Below are positions 21,401 through 30,126 of a stretch of 44,843 nt of DNA, piece after piece. Within the stretch, counting starts at the first letter, position 1. Each line of letters starts with the position of its first letter. The stretch is from a virus: positions 1-44,843 of the IMG/VR virus record IMGVR_UViG_3300045988_068058, one strand, 5' to 3'. The position numbers and the translations under genes are program-made. The notes under the pieces were generated by a model. The model saw only the letters and a program-made list of their open reading frames with translations, was not told the DNA's origin and made no database searches.

Positions 21401-22567
21401 ATGGCAGCAAAAGCTAATCTTATTATGACAAATGACATCCGGGTAACAGCACGTGAGATTGACTTTGTGACCAGATTTGAAAGAAACTGGGAACACTTGC
21501 GCGAGATTCTTGGTATCATGCGTCCAATCAAAAAGACGCCCGGAGCGGTTCTTAAATCAAAATATGCAGAGGGTACATTGCAGAATGGAAATGTTAAAGA
21601 GGGTGAAGAAATCCCTTACAGCAAATTCACTGTAAAAGAAAAGCCTTATGCAGAAATGAATATTGAGAAGTACGCAAAGGCGGTATCTATCGAAGCAATC
21701 AAGGACCACGGTTATGAGAACGCTGTTCAGATGACTGATGATGAATTCCTTTTCCAGCTTCAGACCAATGTTACTGAAAGATTTTATGATTATCTGAAAA
21801 CAGGTACCCTCACATTTACAGAGACTACTTTCCAGATGGCTCTGGCAATGGCTAAAGGCCGTGTTGAGAACAAATTCAAACAGATGCACAGGAATGTGAC
21901 TGGCGTTGTTGGATTTGTGAATATTCTGGATGTGCATGAGTATATCGGAGCAGCTGAGATTTCTATTCAGAATCAGTTCGGATTCCAGTACATGAAAGAT
22001 TTCATGGGCTTCAATACCATCTTCCTGTTATCTGACAGTGAAATCCCGAGAGGACAGATTATTGCGACACCCGTTGAGAACATTGTTCTTTACTATGTTG
22101 ACCCGAACGAATCTGACTTTGCGAGAGCAGGACTTGTATACACCGTATCCGGCGAGACAAATCTGATTGGATTCCACACTCAGGGTAACTACCACACAGC
22201 AGTATCCGAAGCATTTGCGATCATGGGACTTACCCTCTTTGCAGAGTATATTGACGCTATTGCTGTTGGAACTATCAACACAACTCAGACACTTGGAACT
22301 CTGACTGTAAACTCTGCGGCAGGAAGTAAAAGTGGAGACACTAAAGTGACTATTACTCCGGCAAAAGCAAGCGCGGGAAATGTGTACAAGTACAAAGTTG
22401 CATCTTCTGAGACTGCCGTAGACTACGGACAGAATGTGAAGAACTGGAGCGCATGGGATGGCGAATCTGACATTACAGCAACAACAGGGCAGGTAATCAC
22501 AGTGGTTGAATGTGACAGCACCTATAAGGCGCTGAGTGCAGGGCACGCGACTGTAACAGCAAAATGA
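21401..22567 (+). CDS. Major capsid protein with C-terminal Ig-like domain
   Basis: 388 aa after the scaffold gene. N-terminal REIDFVTRFERNW pattern. The last ~90 aa (TLTVNSAAGSKSGDTKVTITPAKA...HATVTAK) look Big_2-like. Confidence 0.85.
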   Translation: MAAKANLIMTNDIRVTAREIDFVTRFERNWEHLREILGIMRPIKKTPGAVLKSKYAEGTLQNGNVKEGEEIPYSKFTVKEKPYAEMNIEKYAKAVSIEAIKDHGYENAVQMTDDEFLFQLQTNVTERFYDYLKTGTLTFTETTFQMALAMAKGRVENKFKQMHRNVTGVVGFVNILDVHEYIGAAEISIQNQFGFQYMKDFMGFNTIFLLSDSEIPRGQIIATPVENIVLYYVDPNESDFARAGLVYTVSGETNLIGFHTQGNYHTAVSEAFAIMGLTLFAEYIDAIAVGTINTTQTLGTLTVNSAAGSKSGDTKVTITPAKASAGNVYKYKVASSETAVDYGQNVKNWSAWDGESDITATTGQVITVVECDSTYKALSAGHATVTAK

Positions 22568-22590
22568 TGATCAAGTAGGAGGTAACTGGC

Positions 22591-23082
22591 ATGGCTTATG
22601 CAGATTATAAATTCTATACAGAATCATTCGGCAATGTCGTGCCAGAAACCGACTTTCCACGACTGGCAGAAAAAGCCAGTGACTTTGTGGACACAATGAC
22701 GTTTGACAGGTTGGTGGATGGACTGCCAACGAACGAGCGCTCACAGAAGCGTATCAAAAAGGCAGTCTGCTCACTGACTGAATTAATGTATCAGATTGAG
22801 CTTGCTGAGAAGAATGCAATCAATCAGGCTTCAACAAATCTTACTGACACAAATGTCGGGAACATCAAAGCCGGTGCAGTAACCTCTGTATCATCCGGCA
22901 GTGAATCTATCTCTTACGCCACGCCTCAGCAGATTGGGGCGAGCGCAAAGGAATGGAGTGCGGTATATGCCGCCGCCGGAGATGTACAGAAAACGAATGA
23001 CTTGCTTCTTAAGACAGCTTTACCACTTCTGATGGGGGTAAGGACAGATGATGGAATACCAGTATTGTATGCGGGGGCGTGA
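22591..23082 (+). CDS. Head-tail connector (gp6-like) protein
   Basis: Position after the major capsid gene, and the N-terminal YADYKFYTESF...DFPRLAEKASDFVD pattern. Confidence 0.6.
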   Translation: MAYADYKFYTESFGNVVPETDFPRLAEKASDFVDTMTFDRLVDGLPTNERSQKRIKKAVCSLTELMYQIELAEKNAINQASTNLTDTNVGNIKAGAVTSVSSGSESISYATPQQIGASAKEWSAVYAAAGDVQKTNDLLLKTALPLLMGVRTDDGIPVLYAGA

Positions 23083-23084
23083 GT

Positions 23085-23288
23085 ATGTATGCAGTAAATG
23101 AGGGAGATGAAGAGTGCTTTAAATGTAAGCACTTGGATTGTTCTGTTGGATGCGTTTATCCGCTTACTGGTGAACTTCCACCATGCGGAAGAAACGTTAT
23201 CCTGACACAGGAAGAATTCAGAAAATTAAAGGAGGGCAAAAATGGGAAACGATGCTTTTTTAAGTTTATGCAAAAAGATTGTAGTTGA
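23085..23288 (+). CDS. Cys-rich hypothetical protein
   Basis: CFKCKHLDCSVGC. Weak RBS; overlaps the next ORF by 47 nt. Confidence 0.35.
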   Translation: MYAVNEGDEECFKCKHLDCSVGCVYPLTGELPPCGRNVILTQEEFRKLKEGKNGKRCFFKFMQKDCS

Positions 23289-23502
23289 TTATTTCAACTC
23301 ACATGCGGATAAAGCCGACAAGAAACAGATTACAGAAGATGATGTTTTCATTGTCTGGAGTTGTAAGACCTTACAGAACAATAAGGCTCTTGTAAGTACA
23401 ACCGTATCTGATGGAATGTATTACGAAATTACTCACAATGGAGATAAGCAGGAAACCTATGTAGACGCTTATAAGAAATGGGAGAATTTCGTAGTTAAGT
23501 AG
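23242..23502 (+). CDS. Hypothetical protein (moron-like, inside the connector module)
   Basis: Strong RBS AAGGAGGG upstream; 86 aa. Confidence 0.55.
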   Translation: MGNDAFLSLCKKIVVDYFNSHADKADKKQITEDDVFIVWSCKTLQNNKALVSTTVSDGMYYEITHNGDKQETYVDAYKKWENFVVK

Positions 23503-23515
23503 GAGGTTTCGTATT

Positions 23516-23785
23516 ATGGACATTTCAACACTTGGCTCATGTATCGCAATCGTTATGATTTGCTACATCGTAGGAATGGGCTGCAAAGCATCAAAAAGAA
23601 TCTCTGATGAATGGATTCCAGTAATCATGGCGGTTATTGGCGGAATTCTCGGAGCGGTCGGAATGGGAGTTATCCCGGACTTCCCGGCAACGGATTACAT
23701 TACGGCGGTTGCGGTCGGTATGTTCAACGGATTATCGGCTACCGGAGTGAATCAGATTATTAAGCAGACTATGCAGAAAGAATAA
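23516..23785 (+). CDS. Holin-like membrane protein (2-3 TM)
   Basis: TM segments plus the WIPVI...GVIPDFPATDYITAVAVG...GLSATGVNQIIKQ pattern, recalled from Clostridial phage holin families. Confidence 0.6.
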   Translation: MDISTLGSCIAIVMICYIVGMGCKASKRISDEWIPVIMAVIGGILGAVGMGVIPDFPATDYITAVAVGMFNGLSATGVNQIIKQTMQKE

Positions 23786-23801
23786 TTAAGGAGAGGATAT
23801 C

Positions 23802-24263
23802 ATGTACGACAAAACAGTAACAGTTTTCAACTATTACGAAAGCAAAACAACTGGAGATGCGTACTGGTATCCTCATGTGCTATCCGGCGTTGACCTGATT
23901 ACAGACAAGGGAGCAATCCTTAAAAAGTACGGACCAGACGCAACCGACAACGCACAGCTGCACATCCGTTATACCGTCCAGAACGGTGATATAACCATTG
24001 TTGATAAGGACGGTAAGATTCTCCCATGGATTCCGTCAAAAGAGTGGAAACAGCAGATTAACAACGCTCTGGAAGACACTATCACATTCTCGGATGAATC
24101 ATTCTTCTGGGAGGGCGAGTGGACTGGCGGAACGATAGTTGACAGTAATTATCGGAATGGATTCTACCAGTACATGAACGAGAATAAGGACGGTGTGTTC
24201 AAGATTACCAGTGTAGGCGGACCGTATACGCTGATTCCACATTTTGAGATTCTAGGTAAGTGA
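23802..24263 (+). CDS. Head-tail joining / minor capsid protein
   Basis: Position and size in an Sfi11-type module. Confidence 0.6.
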   Translation: MYDKTVTVFNYYESKTTGDAYWYPHVLSGVDLITDKGAILKKYGPDATDNAQLHIRYTVQNGDITIVDKDGKILPWIPSKEWKQQINNALEDTITFSDESFFWEGEWTGGTIVDSNYRNGFYQYMNENKDGVFKITSVGGPYTLIPHFEILGK

Positions 24264-24264
24264 T

Positions 24265-24756
24265 ATGAGCAAGATTCATCACTTTAAAGGATTCTCCGTA
24301 GTTGATGGAGATATGAAGATTAAGCTGAATATGGACAGGTTCTCCAAACAGTATCAGGAAGCTCAGCATCTACTTGATGGGATGGTCATGAACAGCATGG
24401 TACCGTTTATGCCAATGATTTCAGGAAACTTTGTTAATCGAACGAGAGCCGAAAGTGCATCCTTGCAAGGAACTGGAAAAGTATGCGCGGCGGCCGCTCC
24501 TTATGGGCGATTCCTCTACGAGGGAAAAACAATGGTTGACGAAGTAACCGGAAGCCCATACGCAAGACATGGAGCAAAGAAAGTCCTCGTCAGTCAGTTT
24601 TCTGGTCAGACAGCCGCAAAGGAGAATCTTGAATACACCAAGCAGGCACACCCACAGGCGCAGGCTAAATGGTTCGATGCCGCAAAACGACAATACGGAG
24701 CAACATGGATTCGCAAAGTAAAAGCACAGGCAGGAGGTGGCAGACATGGCGGATAA
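24265..24756 (+). CDS. Head-tail joining protein (HK97 gp10-like)
   Basis: Position and size only. Confidence 0.6.
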   Translation: MSKIHHFKGFSVVDGDMKIKLNMDRFSKQYQEAQHLLDGMVMNSMVPFMPMISGNFVNRTRAESASLQGTGKVCAAAAPYGRFLYEGKTMVDEVTGSPYARHGAKKVLVSQFSGQTAAKENLEYTKQAHPQAQAKWFDAAKRQYGATWIRKVKAQAGGGRHGG

Positions 24757-25246
24757 ACCTATCGGAAAAGATGCAACCGGATATGAGATTCTGACAGATG
24801 CCATGAAAGCACTTCTGAACCAGTATCCGGGACTGTATGAAAATGAAACAATCAAATTTGAGGAACTCGGCAAGGAATCAGGAATTGCATTCTCAGCAGA
24901 CAACGGAGCCTTGATTTATTCAGAAAAAGAAGATGTCTGCGGCACGATGCATCAAGTGTGCCAGTATCCATTTTACGTGGTATATCGCACAGCATCTGAC
25001 AAGGAACGACAGAAGTTATCTGTTCAGAAGTTTCTGGATAATCTCGGTAAATGGATATGTCGAGAACCAGTTATCATAAATGGCTCCGAGACACGCTTAA
25101 ATGCGTTTCCTGAACTTTCACAGGGACGAATGATAAAACGTATCACCCGTGATAACTCCTATGGTTTAGAGCCACAGGAGAGTGGCGTACAGGACTGGTT
25201 ATTGCCATTATCGGTACGCTACGAAAACACTTATGAAGTAATCTAA
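24746..25246 (+). CDS. Head-tail joining / tail terminator-like protein
   Basis: ATG 24746 lies 8 nt after AGGAGG. The track start at 24737 is a GTG. Confidence 0.6.
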   Translation: MADKPIGKDATGYEILTDAMKALLNQYPGLYENETIKFEELGKESGIAFSADNGALIYSEKEDVCGTMHQVCQYPFYVVYRTASDKERQKLSVQKFLDNLGKWICREPVIINGSETRLNAFPELSQGRMIKRITRDNSYGLEPQESGVQDWLLPLSVRYENTYEVI

Positions 25247-25257
25247 CAAGTAACAAC

Positions 25258-25286
25258 CGGCTATCAATCAGAGATAGTCGCTAACC
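25258..25286 (+). promoter_or_regulatory. Conserved 5'-UTR hairpin + CTAACC element (copy 2, upstream of the major tail gene)
   Basis: CGGCTATC-AATCAGA-GATAGTCG-CTAACC. Confidence 0.4.
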
Positions 25287-25326
25287 TACACAGCCTTTAA
25301 GAGTTATAGGCAGAAAGGACATTTCT

Positions 25327-25827
25327 ATGGGAGTTACAGGCAAGATTGACCGTAAATATATGGCTCATTATATCGATGCAGGTTCCCTTTGTGGGGGACT
25401 GACACCGAAGTATGAGCGTCTTGGCAAGGATCTGGAAGAGTACAATGTAGAACTCAATCCAGACACTGAAACATCTAAAAACATTCTTGGAGAATCCACA
25501 TTTAAACATAACGGCTACGAAGTTTCTTCCGATGCTGATCCGTTCTATGCAGACACTACTTCTGATTTGTTTACAGCATTACAGAAGATTGTAGATGGAC
25601 GTCTCAAAGACGACAACCTCAAAACAAAAGCAGTTGAGGTTCATCTCTGGACAGAAGCCACAGCAGGCAAGTACGAAGCATATCAGCAGGACTGCTACGT
25701 TGTGCCGACTTCCTACGGCGGTGATACATCCGGCTATCAGATTCCATTTACCGTCAATTATACTGGCGAACGTGTAAAAGGAAAGTTTGATATCAGTTCC
25801 GGTGCATTCACAGCCGACAGCGAATAA
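25327..25827 (+). CDS. Major tail protein
   Basis: 166 aa, positioned before the chaperones and tape measure. Confidence 0.75.
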   Translation: MGVTGKIDRKYMAHYIDAGSLCGGLTPKYERLGKDLEEYNVELNPDTETSKNILGESTFKHNGYEVSSDADPFYADTTSDLFTALQKIVDGRLKDDNLKTKAVEVHLWTEATAGKYEAYQQDCYVVPTSYGGDTSGYQIPFTVNYTGERVKGKFDISSGAFTADSE

Positions 25828-25847
25828 TTTTTAGGAGGGCATAGAAA

Positions 25848-26273
25848 ATGGCAAAAACAATTAATACAAACATTGATGATGGGTTTCTTCTTTTCACATT
25901 CACAAACAAACAGGGTGAAGTATTCTCTTCATTCAAACTGAATCCTACTGACATTAACGTTGCGGCAAGAGCAGAAGAGCTGGAAACTTTCTTCGAACAG
26001 GCTCAGGAATCTGTTAAAAACGTCTCTTCTAGCAAAGAGATGGCGGAGATTAATAAGCAGATTGAGGACAAAATCAATTATATGCTCGGATACGAAGCAT
26101 CTAAGGATTTGTTTAAAGAACCAATTACCGCAACAACTGTTTTTGGAAATGGTCAGGTGTTTGCCTATATCGTTCTTGATAAAATCAATGAAGCACTTGC
26201 TCCAGAAATTGAAAAGAGAAAAAAGAAAATGCGGGAAGTGGTCAATAAATACACGGAGAAGTATGCAAAATGA
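25848..26273 (+). CDS. Tail assembly chaperone
   Basis: Position between the major tail and tape-measure genes; acidic protein. Confidence 0.6.
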   Translation: MAKTINTNIDDGFLLFTFTNKQGEVFSSFKLNPTDINVAARAEELETFFEQAQESVKNVSSSKEMAEINKQIEDKINYMLGYEASKDLFKEPITATTVFGNGQVFAYIVLDKINEALAPEIEKRKKKMREVVNKYTEKYAK

Positions 26274-26842
26274 CCGCCTATGAGTTACCCACCTCACTGA
26301 ACATAAGTGGGGTGGATTTTTCTATCAGGACGGATTTTCGTGTGATTATTGATATTCTAATCGCTATGAATGACCCAGAATTAGATGAACAAGCGAAAGC
26401 AGTTGTTATGTTACAGATTCTGTTCGAGGATTGGCAGAGTATACCGATTGAGCATCTATCTGAAGCTTGTCAGAAAGCATCTGAATTCATTGACTGTGGT
26501 CAGTCAGATAATAATCCAAACAAGCTAAAACCACGCTTAATGGACTGGGAGCAGGACGGCGATATGATTATCCCGGCAGTAAACAAGATTGCTCATCAGG
26601 AAGTGCGTATGAATAAATACATGCACTGGTGGACTTTCTTCAGCTACTTTATGGAGGCTGGCGAATGCCTGTTTAATACAGTAGTTGGAATTCGCAGTAA
26701 AAAGGCTTATGGAGAACGTCTGGAGAAATGGGAAAAGAAATTTTACCACGACAACAAAGATATTATTGACATAAAAACACGTCTCAGCGACGAGGAGCAA
26801 GCTTATAAAGATAAGCTGAATGAGATGTTGAACCTCAAATAG
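26270..26842 (+). CDS. Gp15-like tail assembly protein
   Basis: ATGA coupling to the previous gene. N-terminal pattern ELPTSLNISGVDFSIRTDFRVIIDIL recalled from the Phage_Gp15 family. Confidence 0.6.
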   Translation: MTAYELPTSLNISGVDFSIRTDFRVIIDILIAMNDPELDEQAKAVVMLQILFEDWQSIPIEHLSEACQKASEFIDCGQSDNNPNKLKPRLMDWEQDGDMIIPAVNKIAHQEVRMNKYMHWWTFFSYFMEAGECLFNTVVGIRSKKAYGERLEKWEKKFYHDNKDIIDIKTRLSDEEQAYKDKLNEMLNLK

Positions 26843-26857
26843 TTAGGAGGTGGACAC

Positions 26858-29614
26858 ATGGCTGCTGATGGCTCAGTCATTATTGATACGAGAATGGACA
26901 CGTCTGGCGTACAGAATGGCGTGTCTGCAATAAAAAAGTCATTTAACGGCCTTGGAAGCGTTGTAAAAAAGGTAGGCTTGCTGATTGGCGGGGTGTTCGC
27001 CGCAAAAAAGCTTGTCGAATTTGGCAAGGAGTGTCTGGATCTTGGTTCTGATCTGGCAGAAGTGCAGAACGTTGTAGATGTTACGTTTACAACTTTGTCC
27101 GACAAGGTAAACGACTTTGCAAAAGCCGCTATGAACTCCGCAGGCTTGTCAGAGACAATGACAAAGCAATATGTCGGCACATTTGGCGCAATGGCAAAAA
27201 GCTTCGGATTTACGGAACAGCAAGCTTATGACATGTCAACTCAATTGACTCAGCTGACTGGAGATGTGGCTTCTTTCTATAACATCAGTCAGGATTTGGC
27301 TTATACAAAGCTAAAATCTGTATTTACTGGTGAGACTGAAACGCTGAAAGATCTTGGCGTTGTCATGACTCAGACAGCGCTTGACCAGTATGCACTTGCA
27401 AATGGATATGGCAAGACTACATCAAAAATGACGGAGCAGGAAAAAGTAGCGCTGCGTCTGAAATTCGTAACGGAACAGCTTTCCGCAGCTTCTGGGGACT
27501 TTGCCCGCACTTCTGGCTCTTGGGCGAATCAGGTCAGAATCATGCAGTTGCAGATTCAGTCTCTCAAGGCAACAATCGGTCAAGGACTGATTAATATATT
27601 TACACCTGTCATTAAAGTGATTAATACCTTATTGGCGAAACTTGCTACTGTTGCGAACGCTTTCAAGAGTTTCACGGAACTGATAACCGGGAATAAATCG
27701 TCCGGGCAAACCGGGGCGAGCGGCGCAGGTCTGACAGGAACAGACTTAGCAGCTACAGAAGATGCTTATGATACTGCGGCGGACGGTGCGAGCAATCTGG
27801 CAGATTCCACGCAGGATGTAACGGATTCTACGAACAAAAGTACCAGCGCGCTTAAAAAGCAGAACAAGGCTCTTAAAAAGAATATTGCCCCGTTTGATGA
27901 GTTAAAGGTTATCGGAAAAGAAGCAGCGGATGCGGTATCTGGTGCGACAAAAACGCCTACCGTAAAGGCAGACAATATTGACCTCGGGAATGTTGGACAG
28001 GTAGATTATGGAGATTTGGCAAAGGGTGAAAGCCAGATTGACAAACTCAGTGAATCTGCAAAGAAACTGTCTAACATACTCAAGCAAATTTGGAAACCCT
28101 TTCAGGAAGCATGGAACAGAGAGGGTAAGAATACCATTGATTCTGCAAGGTATATGTTTTCCAGTCTTGCTGAACTTGCGAAGAGTGTCGGCAAAAGTAT
28201 TACGGAAGTCTGGACAAATGGGACAGGAACAGAAATGCTGTCTACCATGCTTCGGATTCTTCAAAACATTTTCAAAATAATTGGAAACATTGCAAGCCAG
28301 TTATCTAAGGCGTGGAACAAAAATAATGTCGGTACGCAAATTATCCAGAATTTAGCGAATGCCTTTCAGAAAGTCCTTGACTTCATTGAAAAGATAACAA
28401 AAGCAACAGCAGACTGGGCGGGTAAACTTGATTTTTATCCGTTATTGGATTCTATCAAAAATCTGACAAAATCCTTTGCACCGATTATCGAAGCTCTCGG
28501 AAACGTTCTCGAATGGATATATACAAACATCATTCTACCATCCCTGAAATGGCTGATTGAGACAGGCGTTCCGACTCTTATCAATATTGTATCAGGGCTC
28601 CTTAATTTCCTCGGAGAACATCAGACACTGGTCGAAGCGTTTGGAGCGGCACTTATAGGAATGTTTGCAACAGCGAAGATTATTCCGGCAGTAACAACAC
28701 TCATCGGCAATATTAGCAATATTGGACTTGCGTTGAAAGGCTTAATTACCCTCATGACGGGTTCCGGTGGCATACTTGGCGGAATATCTGCAATAGCAAC
28801 AGCAATCGGACCGGGCGGACTGATTATTGCTGCAGTCGGCGCGGTAATAGCAGCAGGCGTTTTACTTGTAAAGAACTGGGATTCCATAAAAGAATTTTTT
28901 GGGAATATAGTTGACTGGATCAGTGAAAAAACGCAAGCATTTGCAGAGGGATTTATAAGCAAATGGAGCTCATTAACAGAAAAAGTTAAAAATATCGTTT
29001 CCATATTAGCCAATTCGCTAAAAGAAAAGGTAGATTTTATAAAATCTGGATTCAAGACATTTATCGACTGGATAAAAACTGATTTTGTAAATTGGTGGAA
29101 AAAAGCGTGGGAAAATGTAAAGAATACATTTAAAAGTGTATTTGATGCCTTGGTAAATATTGCAAAAGTTCCGATTAATGGCGTAATTGGATTAATCAAT
29201 GGAATGATACGCGGAATTATTTCCGGAATAAACACTGCTATTGGCGTGCTAAATAGAATGAAAATCAAAGTTCCGAACTGGGTGCCGAAGATTGGAGGAA
29301 GCACCTGGGGATTTGCGATCCCGACCATGACAGCACCACAGATTCCATACTTGGCAAAAGGTACAGTTGTGCCACGAAATACTGGAGAGTTTGCTGCAAT
29401 CCTCGGTGATAACAAGCGTGAGACAGAGGTTGTATCTCCTCTTTCGACTATGAAGCAGGCAATGATGGATGCTCTGAGGGAATCTGGGAACAATGGTGGA
29501 AGTTCTCCTCAGTACATCACGCTTAACATTGATGGGCATGAATTTATCCGCTGGCTTCGCGATCAGAACGGACAATACAGGAACCGGACGGGCTTCGGAA
29601 TCTTTGAAGGGTAG
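26858..29614 (+). CDS. Tail tape measure protein
   Basis: 918 aa, helical and Gly/Ala/Ile-rich with TM-like segments. TP901-type core motif TGETETLKDLGVVMTQ. Confidence 0.9.
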   Translation: MAADGSVIIDTRMDTSGVQNGVSAIKKSFNGLGSVVKKVGLLIGGVFAAKKLVEFGKECLDLGSDLAEVQNVVDVTFTTLSDKVNDFAKAAMNSAGLSETMTKQYVGTFGAMAKSFGFTEQQAYDMSTQLTQLTGDVASFYNISQDLAYTKLKSVFTGETETLKDLGVVMTQTALDQYALANGYGKTTSKMTEQEKVALRLKFVTEQLSAASGDFARTSGSWANQVRIMQLQIQSLKATIGQGLINIFTPVIKVINTLLAKLATVANAFKSFTELITGNKSSGQTGASGAGLTGTDLAATEDAYDTAADGASNLADSTQDVTDSTNKSTSALKKQNKALKKNIAPFDELKVIGKEAADAVSGATKTPTVKADNIDLGNVGQVDYGDLAKGESQIDKLSESAKKLSNILKQIWKPFQEAWNREGKNTIDSARYMFSSLAELAKSVGKSITEVWTNGTGTEMLSTMLRILQNIFKIIGNIASQLSKAWNKNNVGTQIIQNLANAFQKVLDFIEKITKATADWAGKLDFYPLLDSIKNLTKSFAPIIEALGNVLEWIYTNIILPSLKWLIETGVPTLINIVSGLLNFLGEHQTLVEAFGAALIGMFATAKIIPAVTTLIGNISNIGLALKGLITLMTGSGGILGGISAIATAIGPGGLIIAAVGAVIAAGVLLVKNWDSIKEFFGNIVDWISEKTQAFAEGFISKWSSLTEKVKNIVSILANSLKEKVDFIKSGFKTFIDWIKTDFVNWWKKAWENVKNTFKSVFDALVNIAKVPINGVIGLINGMIRGIISGINTAIGVLNRMKIKVPNWVPKIGGSTWGFAIPTMTAPQIPYLAKGTVVPRNTGEFAAILGDNKRETEVVSPLSTMKQAMMDALRESGNNGGSSPQYITLNIDGHEFIRWLRDQNGQYRNRTGFGIFEG

Positions 29615-29622
29615 GTGAATAT

Positions 29623-30063
29623 ATGAGCGAATTTAGTTCGGGGTCCACTTCGAATTTTGAAGGCTGGCTGCTGAAGTTCGGCGGACAGGTATTCCCGCAT
29701 GAATATATCAAGAAAGGCGGCTGGAAGAGTACACCGAACCAGAGGCTTGAAAACGACCCTTGGTCAGATACAAGAGGATATCTGCACAGGGACGTAATGG
29801 AACACAAGCGCACAAAGATTGAATTCGAAACAGTAGATGATCTGACACTCGAAGAAAAAATCCAGTGCCAGAATATTATAAACAGCGCAATCATAAATAA
29901 AGCAGAACGAAAAGGGAAGATTACTTACTGGAATGACGAGACAAATACTTACGAAGATGCAAAAGTATACATCCCGGATATAGACTTCACGGTAAATGAG
30001 ATTGATAAAAAAAGAAATATGATCTTTTATGCGAGCATCAGGATTGCACTGATAGAGTATTAA
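29623..30063 (+). CDS. Small distal-tail-like protein
   Basis: Position directly after the tape-measure gene; 146 aa. Confidence 0.5.
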   Translation: MSEFSSGSTSNFEGWLLKFGGQVFPHEYIKKGGWKSTPNQRLENDPWSDTRGYLHRDVMEHKRTKIEFETVDDLTLEEKIQCQNIINSAIINKAERKGKITYWNDETNTYEDAKVYIPDIDFTVNEIDKKRNMIFYASIRIALIEY

Positions 30064-30066
30064 ACC

Positions 30067-30106
30067 AGAGTGCATGGGTGTCACAGCTCATGTGCTCTTT
30101 TATTTT
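30067..30106 (+). terminator. Intrinsic terminator-like hairpin
   Basis: AGAGTGCATG / CATGTGCTCT stem (two G-U pairs), followed by TTTATTTT. Confidence 0.55.
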
Positions 30107-30126
30107 AGATAGATGGGAGGATGATT

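Noticed and set aside
25848-26842. Possible G/GT-type -1 programmed frameshift between the two tail chaperone ORFs
   Set aside because: The second ORF has its own ATG (ATGA overlap at 26270) and an RBS (GGAGAAG). No slippery heptamer was seen near the junction. The two ORFs fit the two-gene chaperone + Gp15-like arrangement.
28621-29493. 290-aa minus-strand ORF inside the tape-measure gene. Similar antisense ORFs occur at 22028..22546, 24421..24903, 26803..27180, 44088..44642, 572..1081 and 927..1325
   Set aside because: They are antisense to strongly supported genes (tape measure, major capsid, helicase, CHC2 and others). They have no RBS and atypical composition. Long antisense ORFs are expected by chance in AT-rich, stop-poor frames.
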